DNA of 64,000 nt from Marsupella aquatica (Eukaryota > Plantae > Marchantiophyta). Shown piece by piece: positions 1 to 12,700 of this stretch; within the stretch, counting starts at the first letter, position 1, and every line of letters begins with the position of its first letter. Under the pieces are notes generated by a model that made no database searches, was not told the DNA's origin, and worked only from the letters and a program-made list of their open reading frames with translations. The DNA lies in assembly GCA_973895155.1 (NCBI GenBank), contig OZ316898.1:4402480-4466479 (forward strand), read 5' to 3'. The position numbers and the translations under genes are program-made.

Positions 1-1019
1 ATGGGTTGCAACTACAATACGTTACTTAAAATCGTCCAACACATCCGCCCTTCCAAGTTACAAAATCCATCATCCAATGTAAGCTAATTTCAAAATCCTT
101 CATTCTGGGAGAAGTGTGCGCTTTTTCCAAAATGTTAAGCAAGAATCCGGAAGTATCAATATATTGTTCTGTTGTGTGAACTTTTGACGGACTTTCACGT
201 CAACCTCTGACTGATGCCATATACATGGCATCTCATCAAAGAAACCCATAGAACCTACGTGCATAATTAGGTCTGACAACTCACTTTCTCTATTTCCAAT
301 TTTCCATTGCCATCGAGGTACTCCAATAGAAACAAAGCAATCTCAGTCACGAACATTCCAGATTCCATGAAGAAAGATTAAATAATAGAAATGAGCAAAT
401 TGGGCACAATCAACCGAACAACTGTGAAAAGTGGACCAAGATGTTTTACTAAGTGATAATAGTACACTTGGTAAGTATGGTGTGACAGGTTTTGTTTTCT
501 ATTGCAAATTTGATTTCTCCCCTTGTGTTATTTCAGTGGTTCAATTATTTAGCTACACATCCTTTGATTGAGCAAATATTTTTGGGAAGTCAAAAAACCT
601 AAACTTGAACACACTTCTCTCTAATACACATTACTTCTATGTCTATCAAATGTTCCTACTTACACCCTACATGCATCTCACAATGTCACATTTGAACACA
701 ACATCACATTTCAAACACAGCGCCACAAGTCCAAAAAATGAGAACATTGATTTCAGACTGAAACGCAGCGCCCTGGGTGCTATATTCAAATAGAGCGCCC
801 CTTGGCTCACTATTCGAATGTAGCGTGAGGGCCTTGTGTTCAGGGGAAGACAGTAGTAATGAGTAGTAGTGCTTTCTCAAATCTTGATAGTTGAAAAATG
901 TAAACATTAATAGTACATTAATACTCTGACTGTGTCCCTTGGGGGACATCGATCAGATAAAAAATACTCTGACTGTCTACTGAACTCAGCTTGCTACAAA
1001 AAAGGCATATGAGATTTAG

Positions 1020-1630
1020 ATTGAGAAGCTTTTCTACTGGTTCAGAGTTTAGACCCCAAATTTGTGGTTTTGAAAATGAAGTTTTTTATTGTTGAAATTT
1101 TCTAGAATGCCATGTTCTAAAATTTTCCTATTGGCTCTGGTATTGGCTCAAATTTTAAATGCAAGTCTTCTATTTTCAAAATCATCAAGCTTTCAAATCT
1201 ACTCAAATTGAAGAATGCAACTGTTATTTTCAAGATTGAAATGCAGGTTTCTTATTGGTTGTTTATTAAGAATATAATGCAAATTTGTTGTTTTCAAGGC
1301 AAAGCTTTCCTATTGGCTCAAACTCAGGAACTTTGTTGTTTTTCAAATGAAGCTTCTCTATTGGCTCAAAATTAGGATGCTCTGCACAACCTGTTGGTTT
1401 CAATTCAAGATGGAGCTTTCTTATTAGCTCGGCTGAAGGTTTCTAGAATGCAAACATATATTATTTCAAATACCAGAAAGCTTATTGGCTTGGGTGAATG
1501 TTTTTACAATGCAACTTAGTGACCTATTTTCTCAAATATATTTCAGAATGCAATTCCTAACCTCAAAATGAAGCTTGACAATTTGCTAAAACTTTTGAAT
1601 CCATATATCTTTTTTGTTTTCAAAATGAAT
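1020..1630. repeat. Degenerate ~50-60 bp tandem array (TTTTCAAAATGAAGCTTT..CTATTGGCTCAAA..AGAATGCAA)
   Basis: Recurring ATTGG(CT) cores at ~1130, 1142, 1254, 1312, 1360 and 1484, with recurring AAGCTT and GAATGCAA flanks. Confidence 0.65.
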
Positions 1631-2018
1631 GAATATTTCATAGTTACTGGCTTGCAGGCTGGCTTGGCTGATTATTTTTAGAATCCATTCAACTGATTTA
1701 TCAAGTGCCTTGAATGGCCATTGTAGCTCCAAATATTAATCTTAGGTAAAGTCCATCTTAACAATGGCCGAATATTAGTTCTTAAATGAAATTTCTTAAT
1801 TGTTTGAGTCACAAGTCTGTTCTGTTTCAAAATTGTGAACAGAATTGAGGTGATTTATTGGCCTAAACAGCTGAACTAACTAAGAACCTGATCGCAGCAC
1901 GCTGGAGCCAGAATCATACGACACATGTGGACAAATGTATACTCATACTTCAACTTCCAAGAAATGATGCTCCCATGGACCACAACAGTAATCTTTGAAA
2001 CCCCATGTACCACATTTC

Positions 2019-2520
2019 CTGACCAGCAGCACGAGATCTCCTTAGCAGATCACTCACCGAAGTCCGAATTCTAGCAGGGTACGTTCTGGACCTGATGGAT
2101 AGTGATGACAGCGATCTGAACAGTGGCCATTGAAATTGATATATCGACTTGATTCGTCGAGTCAAGATGAGGTAGGGCAGCACTATGATACTGTGGCTAG
2201 GCTTGCCTCTTGCGTCGTTTAATTTATAGGAATTCTCGTACTCGTATTACTGCCGGATCGTATTACTGCCGGATCGAGAGATACTCAGTTTCATCCATTC
2301 ACACTCCAAACTACATACTCCAGAAAGTATTGCTTTTCTGCGCAACACTCGCCTCTGTGATAGGGAAATGATACATACTCGAAATATCTGCCGAGAAAGA
2401 ACAAGACTGCCTGCGCGGAGTTTGTTGAATTATGTGGATATTTTATATCTAGTCTGTCGATTTATCGGTGAGCTGGGACTGTCTTGCGAGTGCACTCATC
2501 TTGTCCACCACAATCTCGTA
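2019..2520 (-). pseudogene. Decayed paralogue of the 6000-6398 gene: promoter, leader and signal-peptide remnant, no ATG
   Basis: Colinear similarity to ~6355-6830, including an identical 34-bp block (2379-2412 = 6698-6731), a TATA-like CTATAAA (~2223-2229, minus) and TCTCGTGCTGCTGGTCAG versus TCTCGTGCCGCTAGTCAG (16/18) from the signal-peptide codons. Confidence 0.7.
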
Positions 2521-4789
2521 AGGCGCCAAATTGTACAGATAGTCCCACGAGCTCCACTTCATCAATCTAGTGGCCTTAATTCTGTCATTCCAGGCACATG
2601 GCCCAGGAGATGGTAGTAATGAATTGTTACACGCGTGCGTATACTTCTTGAGTACTGCACTGTATACATCTGCAGTACTGAGCTGGACCACAAGACGTAC
2701 GTACTGTAGCGACATACTCAGACATTAATAGAAAGTTAGATTCCACTTTGATCCCTATCTGATCTTCAATTGTGGAAAATAATATACGGTTCAATGATCG
2801 ACGGAGCTCGATCAGAATAACTTGCAACTGTAGGTTTATAGTAGCAGATACATCTACTTGACGACTATCTTGAAGTCGGCTCGCCCCTTCAATTCACATT
2901 CGAGCCATATGACTGTATAAGATGGACATATACCAAAGCACTTGCACAATTATCAAGCGTCAAATTCATTCCTGCAGCTAGTCATCAATTGAGCTGTAGT
3001 CATCAATTGAGAGCTTGTTGTGTTATAATAGTGTCCACGGCAGGGGCTGGGAGGGCAAAGTTTTCATTGGGTCAGAAACTAGCACCTAATAGTGGGAACT
3101 TTAACTTTTGCCAGAACCGTACCCAAAATTTAATGTGCGACAAAATGGACTGGCGAATGGTACATGGGAAAAAATGGGAAAACTCAGGGTCATTCGCTAG
3201 CGTTGTACCTAGGGGTCTCCTGAATGCGACTGTACCAGACTTGGGCAAGACTGTTTGGGTAGCCACCAGCCAGGTACGCCTGATTGACCCGGGTTACTTC
3301 CCGGGTTAGTTGTCACAGAGTCAGGCGAGCTGGTGTAGTAACCTTAAATATGTTCGCCGTGATGCTCTCCTTCGAGTTTCCACAAGAGGGATACTAGTAA
3401 CCAAGTCTGCTGACCTAGTCCTTGAATTGCTTGAATTCATCTGATTTGGTGCTCAATGAAATTTTTGGCGGATCACCGCTGTTACTCAGTAGTGGGAATC
3501 AATCCTCATGCTTACAAGCAAGAACATTATGGATTCGCTAATTACACATGTAAACAACAGCCAGCAGACCAAAAACGAAATTTTTGGCGCCTGAATGCTG
3601 TTAATTACTCAGTAGTGATAATCTGGGATAGAGTGGTTACTCTGAGTCTGTTGTGGAAACTAGACTGACGGATTCCATAATGAGAGCTTGATCACGCAGA
3701 TGATCGATCACGGCTCACCATTGGCCACAACATCCTGTAACTGGCTGCTGATGCACCACTTACCTCAGGCTTAGCTTACCTTGCCATGCAGAATCCAGTC
3801 ATCAGTTAGCGCGCTGCAGTCCAAAACATATTGGGTAGCCGCTTTCTCTTGAGCCATGGATCGAAGAGTAGGTTATCACGTAGGCCACCTTCTCAAAACA
3901 GACATGACTGTGCCCATTGTTTGTTAAGGCACTTGCTTGCCAGACTCCATGAAGTGAGAGTCTAAGTTAAGTTATTCTGAGTGTGCTTACATTCTCAACA
4001 GGTTTTATTTTAATGTTTTGATGTGCAAGGAGAATCTATGCCGTTCGCGGTTGCAACATATCATTATCGTGGTCGTTGATGTGACAGAGGCTAACATGAG
4101 TTAATTAGTATCAGTTTAAGCCCAGGCCTTCTAGGAATCAATTTAGAAACTACGGCATGTTGAAATATCGACCAGAAATCGATCTTGGCAAGGTAGCAAC
4201 CCGGGTAGTAAACCCCTATGTCCAGCTGAGTCTCTTGTTGATGAAGATTTTGGAAAAGAAAACATGGTTATGCTGGGAATCTTAGTTTCAGAAGTTCAAA
4301 CTTAATTTCATTCACCATGGTTTGCTCTGTTTATAATGTAGAATTTCATTTGAAGAATCTTATGGTGCTCCCTGCGTAAAACTTAGAAGGCCAAGAGTTA
4401 TACTACTGGGGTGATACATATAGCTGGCTGATAGCATTCCCTAAACAAAGGAAAAGTTGAATGTGTTCTCGTTGGAACGTCGAGTATCTTCACTGGCGGC
4501 GAGGTCCGTAGAGGCAGACAGGCAGGCAGACTACAGGTTGATTTATGAGAAGGCGCGCTCAATATTAATTTTTAATTCAAAAGAAATAAATTCTTGTTGG
4601 TCTGGGAGTGCAGCAGGTGCCCGAGTAGGTGATGTCCTTCAGTTGATGATGTTGGTCGACATGAAGCTGCAGTTAGTGCCTCATCATATTGGATGTAGAG
4701 GCGGGTACGCTCGACTGTTGATTTGGCGCCAGGCTCAATTTTGCTACTATGAGCGGAAGATTGTTCCGAAACTACGGTGTGAGGCCGGG

Positions 4790-5052
4790 GTAGCAGTTGG
4801 AAAAGTGGGTCCGTACCTGATCCTTAAATGAAAACGATTGATTCAGTGTGCAATCTTACCCATTCAGTCCCTCTAGACATTACTGCTCCCAAATTACTGA
4901 GTGGAAGATTCTTGGGAAGACTTCGGTGTGAAGGGTACGGTCAGTAGCAGTTGGAAAAGTTAGTACGATCGATCCTTAGAATAAAATCTTACGATTGATG
5001 CAGTATTTAACTGTACCCAGGTTACTTTCAGTCCCTTCAGAATCCAGACATC
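4790..5052. repeat. Diverged ~155-bp tandem duplication
   Basis: GTAGCAGTTGGAAAAGT...GATCCTTA...ACGATTGAT...TTCAGTCCCT...AGACAT at ~4790 and again at ~4944. Confidence 0.7.
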
Positions 5053-5999
5053 ACGTTTCGTCTACAATCTTCATAATTCAAAGTACACGAAGGCCAGCAT
5101 TCAATGGAAATTATCAGTACATATATATAGAGGTGGCGGGTATCCGCCATATAAATTAATCCGCCATAGAATCCCTCCTACTAGTCTGCCTCAGTTTTTG
5201 AAAATGATTCGTTTCTTGATATCTCTTCGGTCCTGACTGACCGTGGCAAATTAACGAAGAGACGAACCGAAAAACCTCGGATAACCATAAATCCAGAACC
5301 GGGAATGATGAGAAGAATTCAAGCCACATTCGGTTTGAGATGTATATTTGTGATTGCATTGCAAATGAATTATTACGCCTAGTTCACACACTCACTGGTC
5401 CATTACCACTCGACATCATTGCCAGACTCAAACTGCTCTAGAGAAGCTACACATGAAAAGTCAAACCACTGCACAGTCATCGATGGAAGTGATATTGTCA
5501 CTTTCGTTGGTAACAAACGACAGTTGACCATACTTTTTTTTTTTAAATTCTTTGAAAGTAGGATAAAATTAAGAAAAAGGAGAACATAAACGCTATATTA
5601 TTCAATCCCCGTCTCAATCGGGACGAAACATTCTGAGACGAGAATACGGACGTCCGAACTAGATACCAATGCTGATACTCCAGCTACATCCCTTCGTCTT
5701 GAAGGCTTAGATCTTGGCACTTTGTTCTCTGTTCGAAATGGCCATGATATATCCTATATAGAGTTGCGAAATGCATATATACCACTGACTACTCAAATTC
5801 CGACGTCTCAAAGAAAAAGAAAAACGAGAATGGTGCCTTACGCATTAGTGACGATCTTATCCTTGCCACAACTGAAAACACGCTAAACTGATCCAAAGGC
5901 CATAATTATATATGTAGGGAAGAAAGTCAGCCGAGCTTTCCAGACTTTGAATCCAACTCTCGGCTTAATCAGCACCAGGCATCATGGATTGATCGATCA

Positions 6000-6398
6000 T
6001 CAGGTCACGAAGCAACCAGCGGGGTCGTCACAAAACTCACAAATGTACCACGAGTTGGTCGCGGGGTCCCACGGTACCTCCAGGAAGTAGTTCCCATTAG
6101 GAGTAGTGTAACCCAAGAACCAGACATTATTGTTGTCGAAGAAATACGCCGCATAGCCTGCGTCGCAGGTCAGAACCACCATGTGATTCGGAATGGTTTG
6201 GTCATAATAGTAATTAGCCACCTGGCACTGCGGATTGGCGTTGGTGTTGTCCCAAAGCTCTGCATTGATAAGGTTGCTGCCACCCGGCGGCGACCACCAG
6301 GCTAGAAAATTGACGCAGCTCTCCGCGGTGGACGCGAACAGGAGGATTACCACGCTGACTAGCGGCACGAGAGCGGCGAGGGAAGATTTCTGACTCAT
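6000..6398 (-). CDS. Small secreted cysteine-containing protein (132 aa, single exon), function unknown
   Basis: ATG-started, GC-rich uninterrupted ORF; hydrophobic N-terminus ending ASTAES/C typical of a signal peptide; 6 Cys in the mature part; TATA-like box ~160 bp upstream. Confidence 0.8.
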   Translation of the reverse strand: MSQKSSLAALVPLVSVVILLFASTAESCVNFLAWWSPPGGSNLINAELWDNTNANPQCQVANYYYDQTIPNHMVVLTCDAGYAAYFFDNNNVWFLGYTTPNGNYFLEVPWDPATNSWYICEFCDDPAGCFVT

Positions 6399-6554
6399 TG
6401 CGTTACCGGGTCACGTTCTCACTGAATTCCGAACTCTAGTAGGGTACGTTCTGGACCTGATACAAGTGACAGCGATCTGAGTGGTTAGAATTGAAATCGA
6501 TCGACTCGATTCTTCGAGTCAAGATGAGGTAAGGCACTGTGGCCCCTTGGGTCG

Positions 6555-6562
6555 TTTTATAG
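6555..6562 (-). promoter_or_regulatory. TATA-like box (CTATAAAA) of the small secreted protein gene
   Basis: Position ~160 bp upstream of the ATG; conserved in the duplicated promoter at ~2223-2229. Confidence 0.55.
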
Positions 6563-7029
6563 GAATTCTCTTACCCGCCCTAATGCCGGAACTTGGTATA
6601 CTTAGTTTCATCAATTCACACTCCACGCTATCCTACAAAGCATAGGTTTTCTGCGACGCTCCAACTCTCGACTCTATCGTCGGAAAATGATAGAGAATCG
6701 AAATATCTGCCGAGAAAGAACAAGACTGCCTTCTGTCCATATCTTTAACTGGTATCTGTGATCATCAACGAGCTCGTCTCTGTCATTATCGACGAGCTGG
6801 GACGTCCCATGCATTGGCAATCGTGAATCTGGTGACAAACGAATTAGGAGCAAAAAGTTGGGTGACATGTGCGGAAATATGTCTATCGTCAAGTGCTGCC
6901 TGGAGGGTATACATGCAATCTACAACTGTAGGCGCTAACAATCGAATTGGGATACGTTATTGTAAGCTGGCGCAAGCGTTTCGGGACCGGGCCAAGGGGG
7001 GAAAGAGCTCGATCCCTCCCAGCTGTCAC

Positions 7030-7287
7030 GGATAGACTGGCCGTGACTCGACACGCAGTGCCGACGAGTCTTGCGCCATTCTTCATTCAACCGATCGTCT
7101 CTAAACAATATCTGGTGAATAGTGAGAAGCACTGGAGAAAGTGCTCGTGCAATCCAGTGCTGGTGGATAGACTGGCCGTGACTCGACACCCAGTGCCGAC
7201 GAGTCTTGCGCCATTCTTCATTCAGCCGATCTTTTCTAAATATCTGGTGAAGAGTGAGAAGCACTGTCTGGAGAAGTGCTCGTGCAT
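7030..7287. repeat. ~135-bp tandem duplication
   Basis: GGATAGACTGGCCGTGACTCGACAC...GTGCTCGTGCA at 7030 and 7165; explains the repeated peptides in the overlapping spurious ORFs. Confidence 0.9.
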
Positions 7288-9752
7288 GTATATCACAATA
7301 CACAAGGCAGAAAACGCCGAACGGGGAGACATGCATTCCAGTGCTGGTGGGAGACTGGAGACTGGAGACTGAAAGATTATGGAGTCCGGGTTCGTGAAAT
7401 AGAAGTGCAGCAATCTGTGCACGAACTGACATGTGTGTACGCACTGACTGGGCTGTGCAGAATGACATCTGTGCACGGCCTGACTGGGGTCCTTCCTCTA
7501 GGGAATGCATTACGTTAGAAGTGTGATAGGGAGATGAAAACGAAGTGTAATAAGGAGTCAAACTTTTTCTCATTTTCTTGACTCTTTGTTTGCATTTTAC
7601 CGTGATTTTACTGACAATCCCCAATTCATGCGAGTGTTCAGGCAACTCTAATAATTATTATCAATTTAATACACAAGTTTTCAAAAAAAGGTTACAAACC
7701 AAGTTGAGTGACCTCACAAACTCTAAAAGCCTTCAACCTAGGATGGGTCCAACTCAATCGAGTATTGGGGTTAAACTACATCCTTTCAAGCCATCATATT
7801 GCCCATTGAAAGTTCATTCAGGCAAATGTTGTATATATGGTAGATCACATAGCTAAAGTGCATTCAAATGATTGTCTCTTTAAATTATGTGCACAAAATT
7901 TTATCTTGTATAAACTATATCAGAAGCTCATCTGACTACAACAATAGTACTAGGATAAGATAGGAGAAACAATTGCTTGGATTGATTGAACCACCAATTG
8001 CCCATATGTGTGAGATTATATGGGCTGCTTGATTTGATTTATTTTTTACTCATGGCTCGTTTGGCGGGCCTAGGGAAGATTTTAGCGTGGGGGTTTAGGT
8101 TGGTTGGAGGAATGTTTTCAAGGGGTTTAGGGGTTTTAAGATTTGAAGCCAAGGAAACATTCAAGCTTGAGGCAGATATCAAGTGATAGAGTATTTTTGT
8201 GGGGCCTCTCATCATGTGACCCAGGTTGAGCAGATTGCATGAGAGATTGCATTTTTTTCCATGATTAAAATTTGTATGGGGTTATTAGTTGTGAAGTGTT
8301 CCAATGTCCTTTCAATCTTCAGTTCACCCTTGTCATTTTTCTTCCTTGACCAGAACATTCTGATCTTGGTTGCTAGACAAATCAAGTTACTTAGGACATG
8401 TTACATATTATTTCATTGATAATCAACAGCAAGCTCAACATTGACAACTTTTAATTAAAAAATAGAGGGCTTCTTTCTCTCTTTTCCCTATTTGTCTTCA
8501 AGAAGTCTGATTGTTAATACTTAATTATGTGTGATAAACCTATATCAAACACCAGCAAAAGACTTGATGGGGATCGATCCCTGACAAGCTAGTCACTTGC
8601 TTTTGAAGGAGACTTGCATCATGAATTCCCCTGAAACCCACCCCCTCTCCCCCTTGAAGTACGTGCTTCACATATTGGGGGACTTTATATACCAGTCCAA
8701 TACCATACCTTGCTGGTGGGAATGTCCACTATACCTTAGTTTACTTGGCTAGTATAACAAAACCCTCCCGGAAATCCTATACCCGCCCACCACTGGTTGC
8801 AACCCTGTGACTACATATACATAGCATGTACTACACGTACACACAACTGAGTATTTGAAATGAATGGTCAACAAATATGAGTAAATTTGGATTCATGTAT
8901 ACATAATATAATTAAGTAAATGTTAATGACGGGGTTAATGATGATAGAGGATTGAAATAGAATCCCGTTAACATGCACCTACACCTTCCTTCCTCTCCAT
9001 GAGGAACCACAACCCTAGTAGTGATACTTGGAAGATGCATTCAATGTGTGTAATGAAGATTAGGCGATCTAATTACAATATCACTCAATTTCCTCAATTT
9101 CTCTTGAACAAAATTATATCATTCATTTGGCAACATGCCTTTCTTACCCATTTCCTTGGATATCTTTCTATTGCCAAACAATGTCCACTAGTAGTCACTG
9201 GTCTTACAGGCCATAAATCAATTGGAGCACAAAACCAAGACAGACTGGGAGTTACCAGAGACAACTTTCAACGGCCAATATGTCTAGATATTTCTTTAAT
9301 TTACTTTTCGTGACACCAATGTGGTCCGAACAGATGATGGTGGCCGGATAAGTATTCAACATTTCATAAGTTTGATTCAGTGCTACAACATTACCAAAGA
9401 TAAAATTGAAGAATGGCAGTAAATTGAAGAATGGCAGTAGTACCACAATATGAGAAAAGCAAATTTACTTCCACAAAATGGGATATGCAGGCCTGGGCTG
9501 TCTCAACTTCAAACATTTATTTCCACTGGTTGATTGTGATAGAAAAGAGAGCTACACAAGAACATTAACAAATTCCTCAGGCTGGAATTGTTTACAGTGC
9601 AATCGAAACAATAATTTGCATATTGACAAGAAATATCAGACAGTCCTTACTAGCTTGGTGATGAATAACTCAATTTGACTATATTGAGCAACATATGCTA
9701 GAAAAGAAAAATATTTAACAAATTGTATCCGGAGGACAAAAAGAAAAGAATC

Positions 9753-12700
9753 ATGGTGAAATTCTTAGCCTATGCAGCAGCAAGTTTTCTTGGTGTATTG
9801 GGAATGGCATGTTATGCAATGAGAACAAGACAACAATTCTACCTTGTGATGTATTACCTGGCCCACTCAAGGCTAAGCTTGGCATTGCTGGTGAACATGG
9901 GACTTGTCCTTATGTGTTGGTCTTGGCAATTCATGATCACAATATTTTTGGGGCCCTTAAGAGAAACAGAGGTGGAGAGGCTAAGTGAACATTTTTGGAG
10001 GGAAGTGATGGAGATACTCTTTGCTATGACTGTCTTCAGGGATGAATTACATCTTCGCTTTCTATTTTGGATATCTGTGCTTTTATTTTTCAAAACGTAT
10101 CACTGGCTTGTTCAAAAGAGGGTGGAGTATATAGAAACTACACCATCCATGGAACGTCTCTTACATGTACGCCTCTGCACCTTCATGGCGCTTCTCTTGA
10201 CGCTCGACTGCCTATTTTTTCATCGTTCCTTCACCCACTTACTTAAGACCAGACAACCATCAGTGTCCCTCTTCTTTGCTTTCGAGTAAGGGCATCCATA
10301 ACAACAGTGTACATATATAGGTTTCATGAACTTGTTATTTACGTCTTTGATTGTAAGTTTGTTCTCGTGTTTGTTTGGAATTTCTATCTTATTGTATCTT
10401 TGCATAAAGTAGCAAGAACTTCAACCATGAGTGCAAAAGTCTAAAGCCCTTGATGAGAACAAAAAATATTAGTGACAGATTAATTCACAGAAATAATGTT
10501 AAGAACTCTAGTACATTTGCTGTGTTTGTTTATTCTTAATTTGAGAATATGACATTTTATTTTTGATGCAATTAAACGGCACAGTAATACTAACTTAATT
10601 TCAGAAGTACATTCAGAGACATTTGCATTATATCTTACAACCCTTGCATGTATTGCATTTTCCCACCTTAATAGAATGCCTACATTCAATAACTATGACA
10701 TCACAAACATTTCACTTCTCCGGTCAATTTGAATTGCCAGACCCAATTTCACAGTCATTAAATGCCTATGTTGAAGTCAGACCACCACAACATTCCTTTT
10801 GTTTCTCTGTAATAATGCACAAACAATGCATCTCAACATGAGAAATATAACTTACATTTGTAGATTGACAGGAATTAGATTCTTTCATGAATTTTCAACT
10901 TAGGTACTCATTCTTTACATAAATTTCTTGTCAATCTACAAAAGTAAATTTGTATTTCTAATGTTGAGACGAATTGTACCTCAAAATTTATAATTGATAA
11001 GTGTGTACTTGATATTCGGAATATTGATTAATATAATGCCATTATATATGACTGGATTTGTTTCTTATTTTCTTTGATCAATATTAGTTGGGATTATGTT
11101 ACTAGTGGATACATCATAATTGATGTAATAAGAAAATAAGAAGTTAAGGCAGAGAAATATTCAAATCACATGCATTTAATCAGTCAGTGACAAATATCAA
11201 TATTGATACTATTGATTGACTATTGGTTTTTCAATGTACTCACTGGTGAACATCTCATAGATTAGTAAGTCCAAAAGTGATTGAGACCTTATATCTCAAA
11301 ACGAGAGGAGCTTGATTTACACTTAGTCGTTACTTTGTAACTTTCCAACTCTAAATTGGCAGGTAAATTGGTAAGTTTTGGTCGCACTCAGATTAGATTA
11401 GTTGCATCCCTCTATACGAGTTTGAGACTACTTTGTTGCCTCATGTCCGGCCTCATGTTGATATGCAGGTTTTTTCTATTACAAGGTACCCAAGAAAAAC
11501 CTTCAATCTAATCCACCTAATGAAAATATCAGAAAGTTGGAAAGTAGTTCAAGGTTAGGGTGTTGTTATTTTAACTTGACATTTACAATTCATTCTAATT
11601 TGAGAATTAAGGATATAATTTGGATGAATGTCAGATATGCAATATTGACGACAATCACTATTACAACATGCATAAAGTATGCTCTTCACATAAGAGATAT
11701 ATTCTGTGATGGGCGATTAACTGGAAAGGATGTATATGTCTTCTATGTGGAGCTTGTGCAAGATTTATTGCATTTGTCTCTCTATCTCTTGTTCTTCTTG
11801 GTGATTTTCATGTAAGCATGCTGAGAACGCTACTTGTTTGCTTGTATTTGAAGTAGACTATGATAAGTTTTTGGACTCACATCAGTATGCCTATTTCAAA
11901 ATTGTCTCACCTAATTAACCAACCCATAATAGTAATTTTAGCAACTAATTGCAAGATCAATGAAAATGATACCCATATTTACAGTTTTTAAGTAGAGCAT
12001 AGTATGTAATTGTAGTCACTAAGCAATCAATGAACTAACTAAGATGATAGTTTAGATGTACATGAACACATCTTATCGAGTGTTCACAAATTGTAAGCGT
12101 CTAGCTAGCCATCTAGAAAACAGTCAATCTACAAAAGAGTATTTGACTGCCATCGATGATGTGTTGAAGTTGTTATAGACCACAATGCCCATCAATTTGC
12201 ATAGCATTCATGATCTATAGATGAGTTGACTATTGTACATTGGTCGGGACTTTGATTTCTAGACAGAACTTATGGCACTCAACCTAAGTTCCAGTAAGGA
12301 AAATTTGAGCTCCAGGATATAGGTCCACACAAAAAACCTCCAATTCATATTTAATCTAATTTTTCAGATATTATGGACTTCCACTCCATTTGGTAAGAGA
12401 GCTTTACGAGACTTTCCAAAACTTCAAAACTCGAATTGCTGACTTTATTCGATATAGAAGATTGACATCTAATATGAATGAACGCTTTCAAGACCCAACT
12501 CCTGAAGAAATCAACCGGTATATTTCATCAATCTATAGTGTGAATTATGTGACTTAAAATTTTGAATTAGTATAAAATTACGATGAACAAAATATTACAG
12601 ACTGTGTATTGCCCTCATTTCACGGAGGTACTTAGGCAGGATCTCATCTAATTCTAGTCCCGAATCCAGTATATGGTACTTTGAAAAATCTAGCAAAACT

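Noticed and set aside
3287-3310. Helitron 3' hairpin (ACCCGGG-TTACTT-CCCGGGT)
   Set aside because: No CTRR at the expected distance and no matching 5' TC end identified
6935-7645. 236-aa and 141-aa ORFs with internal repeats
   Set aside because: Products of the 135-bp tandem duplication; open on both strands with no recognisable domain
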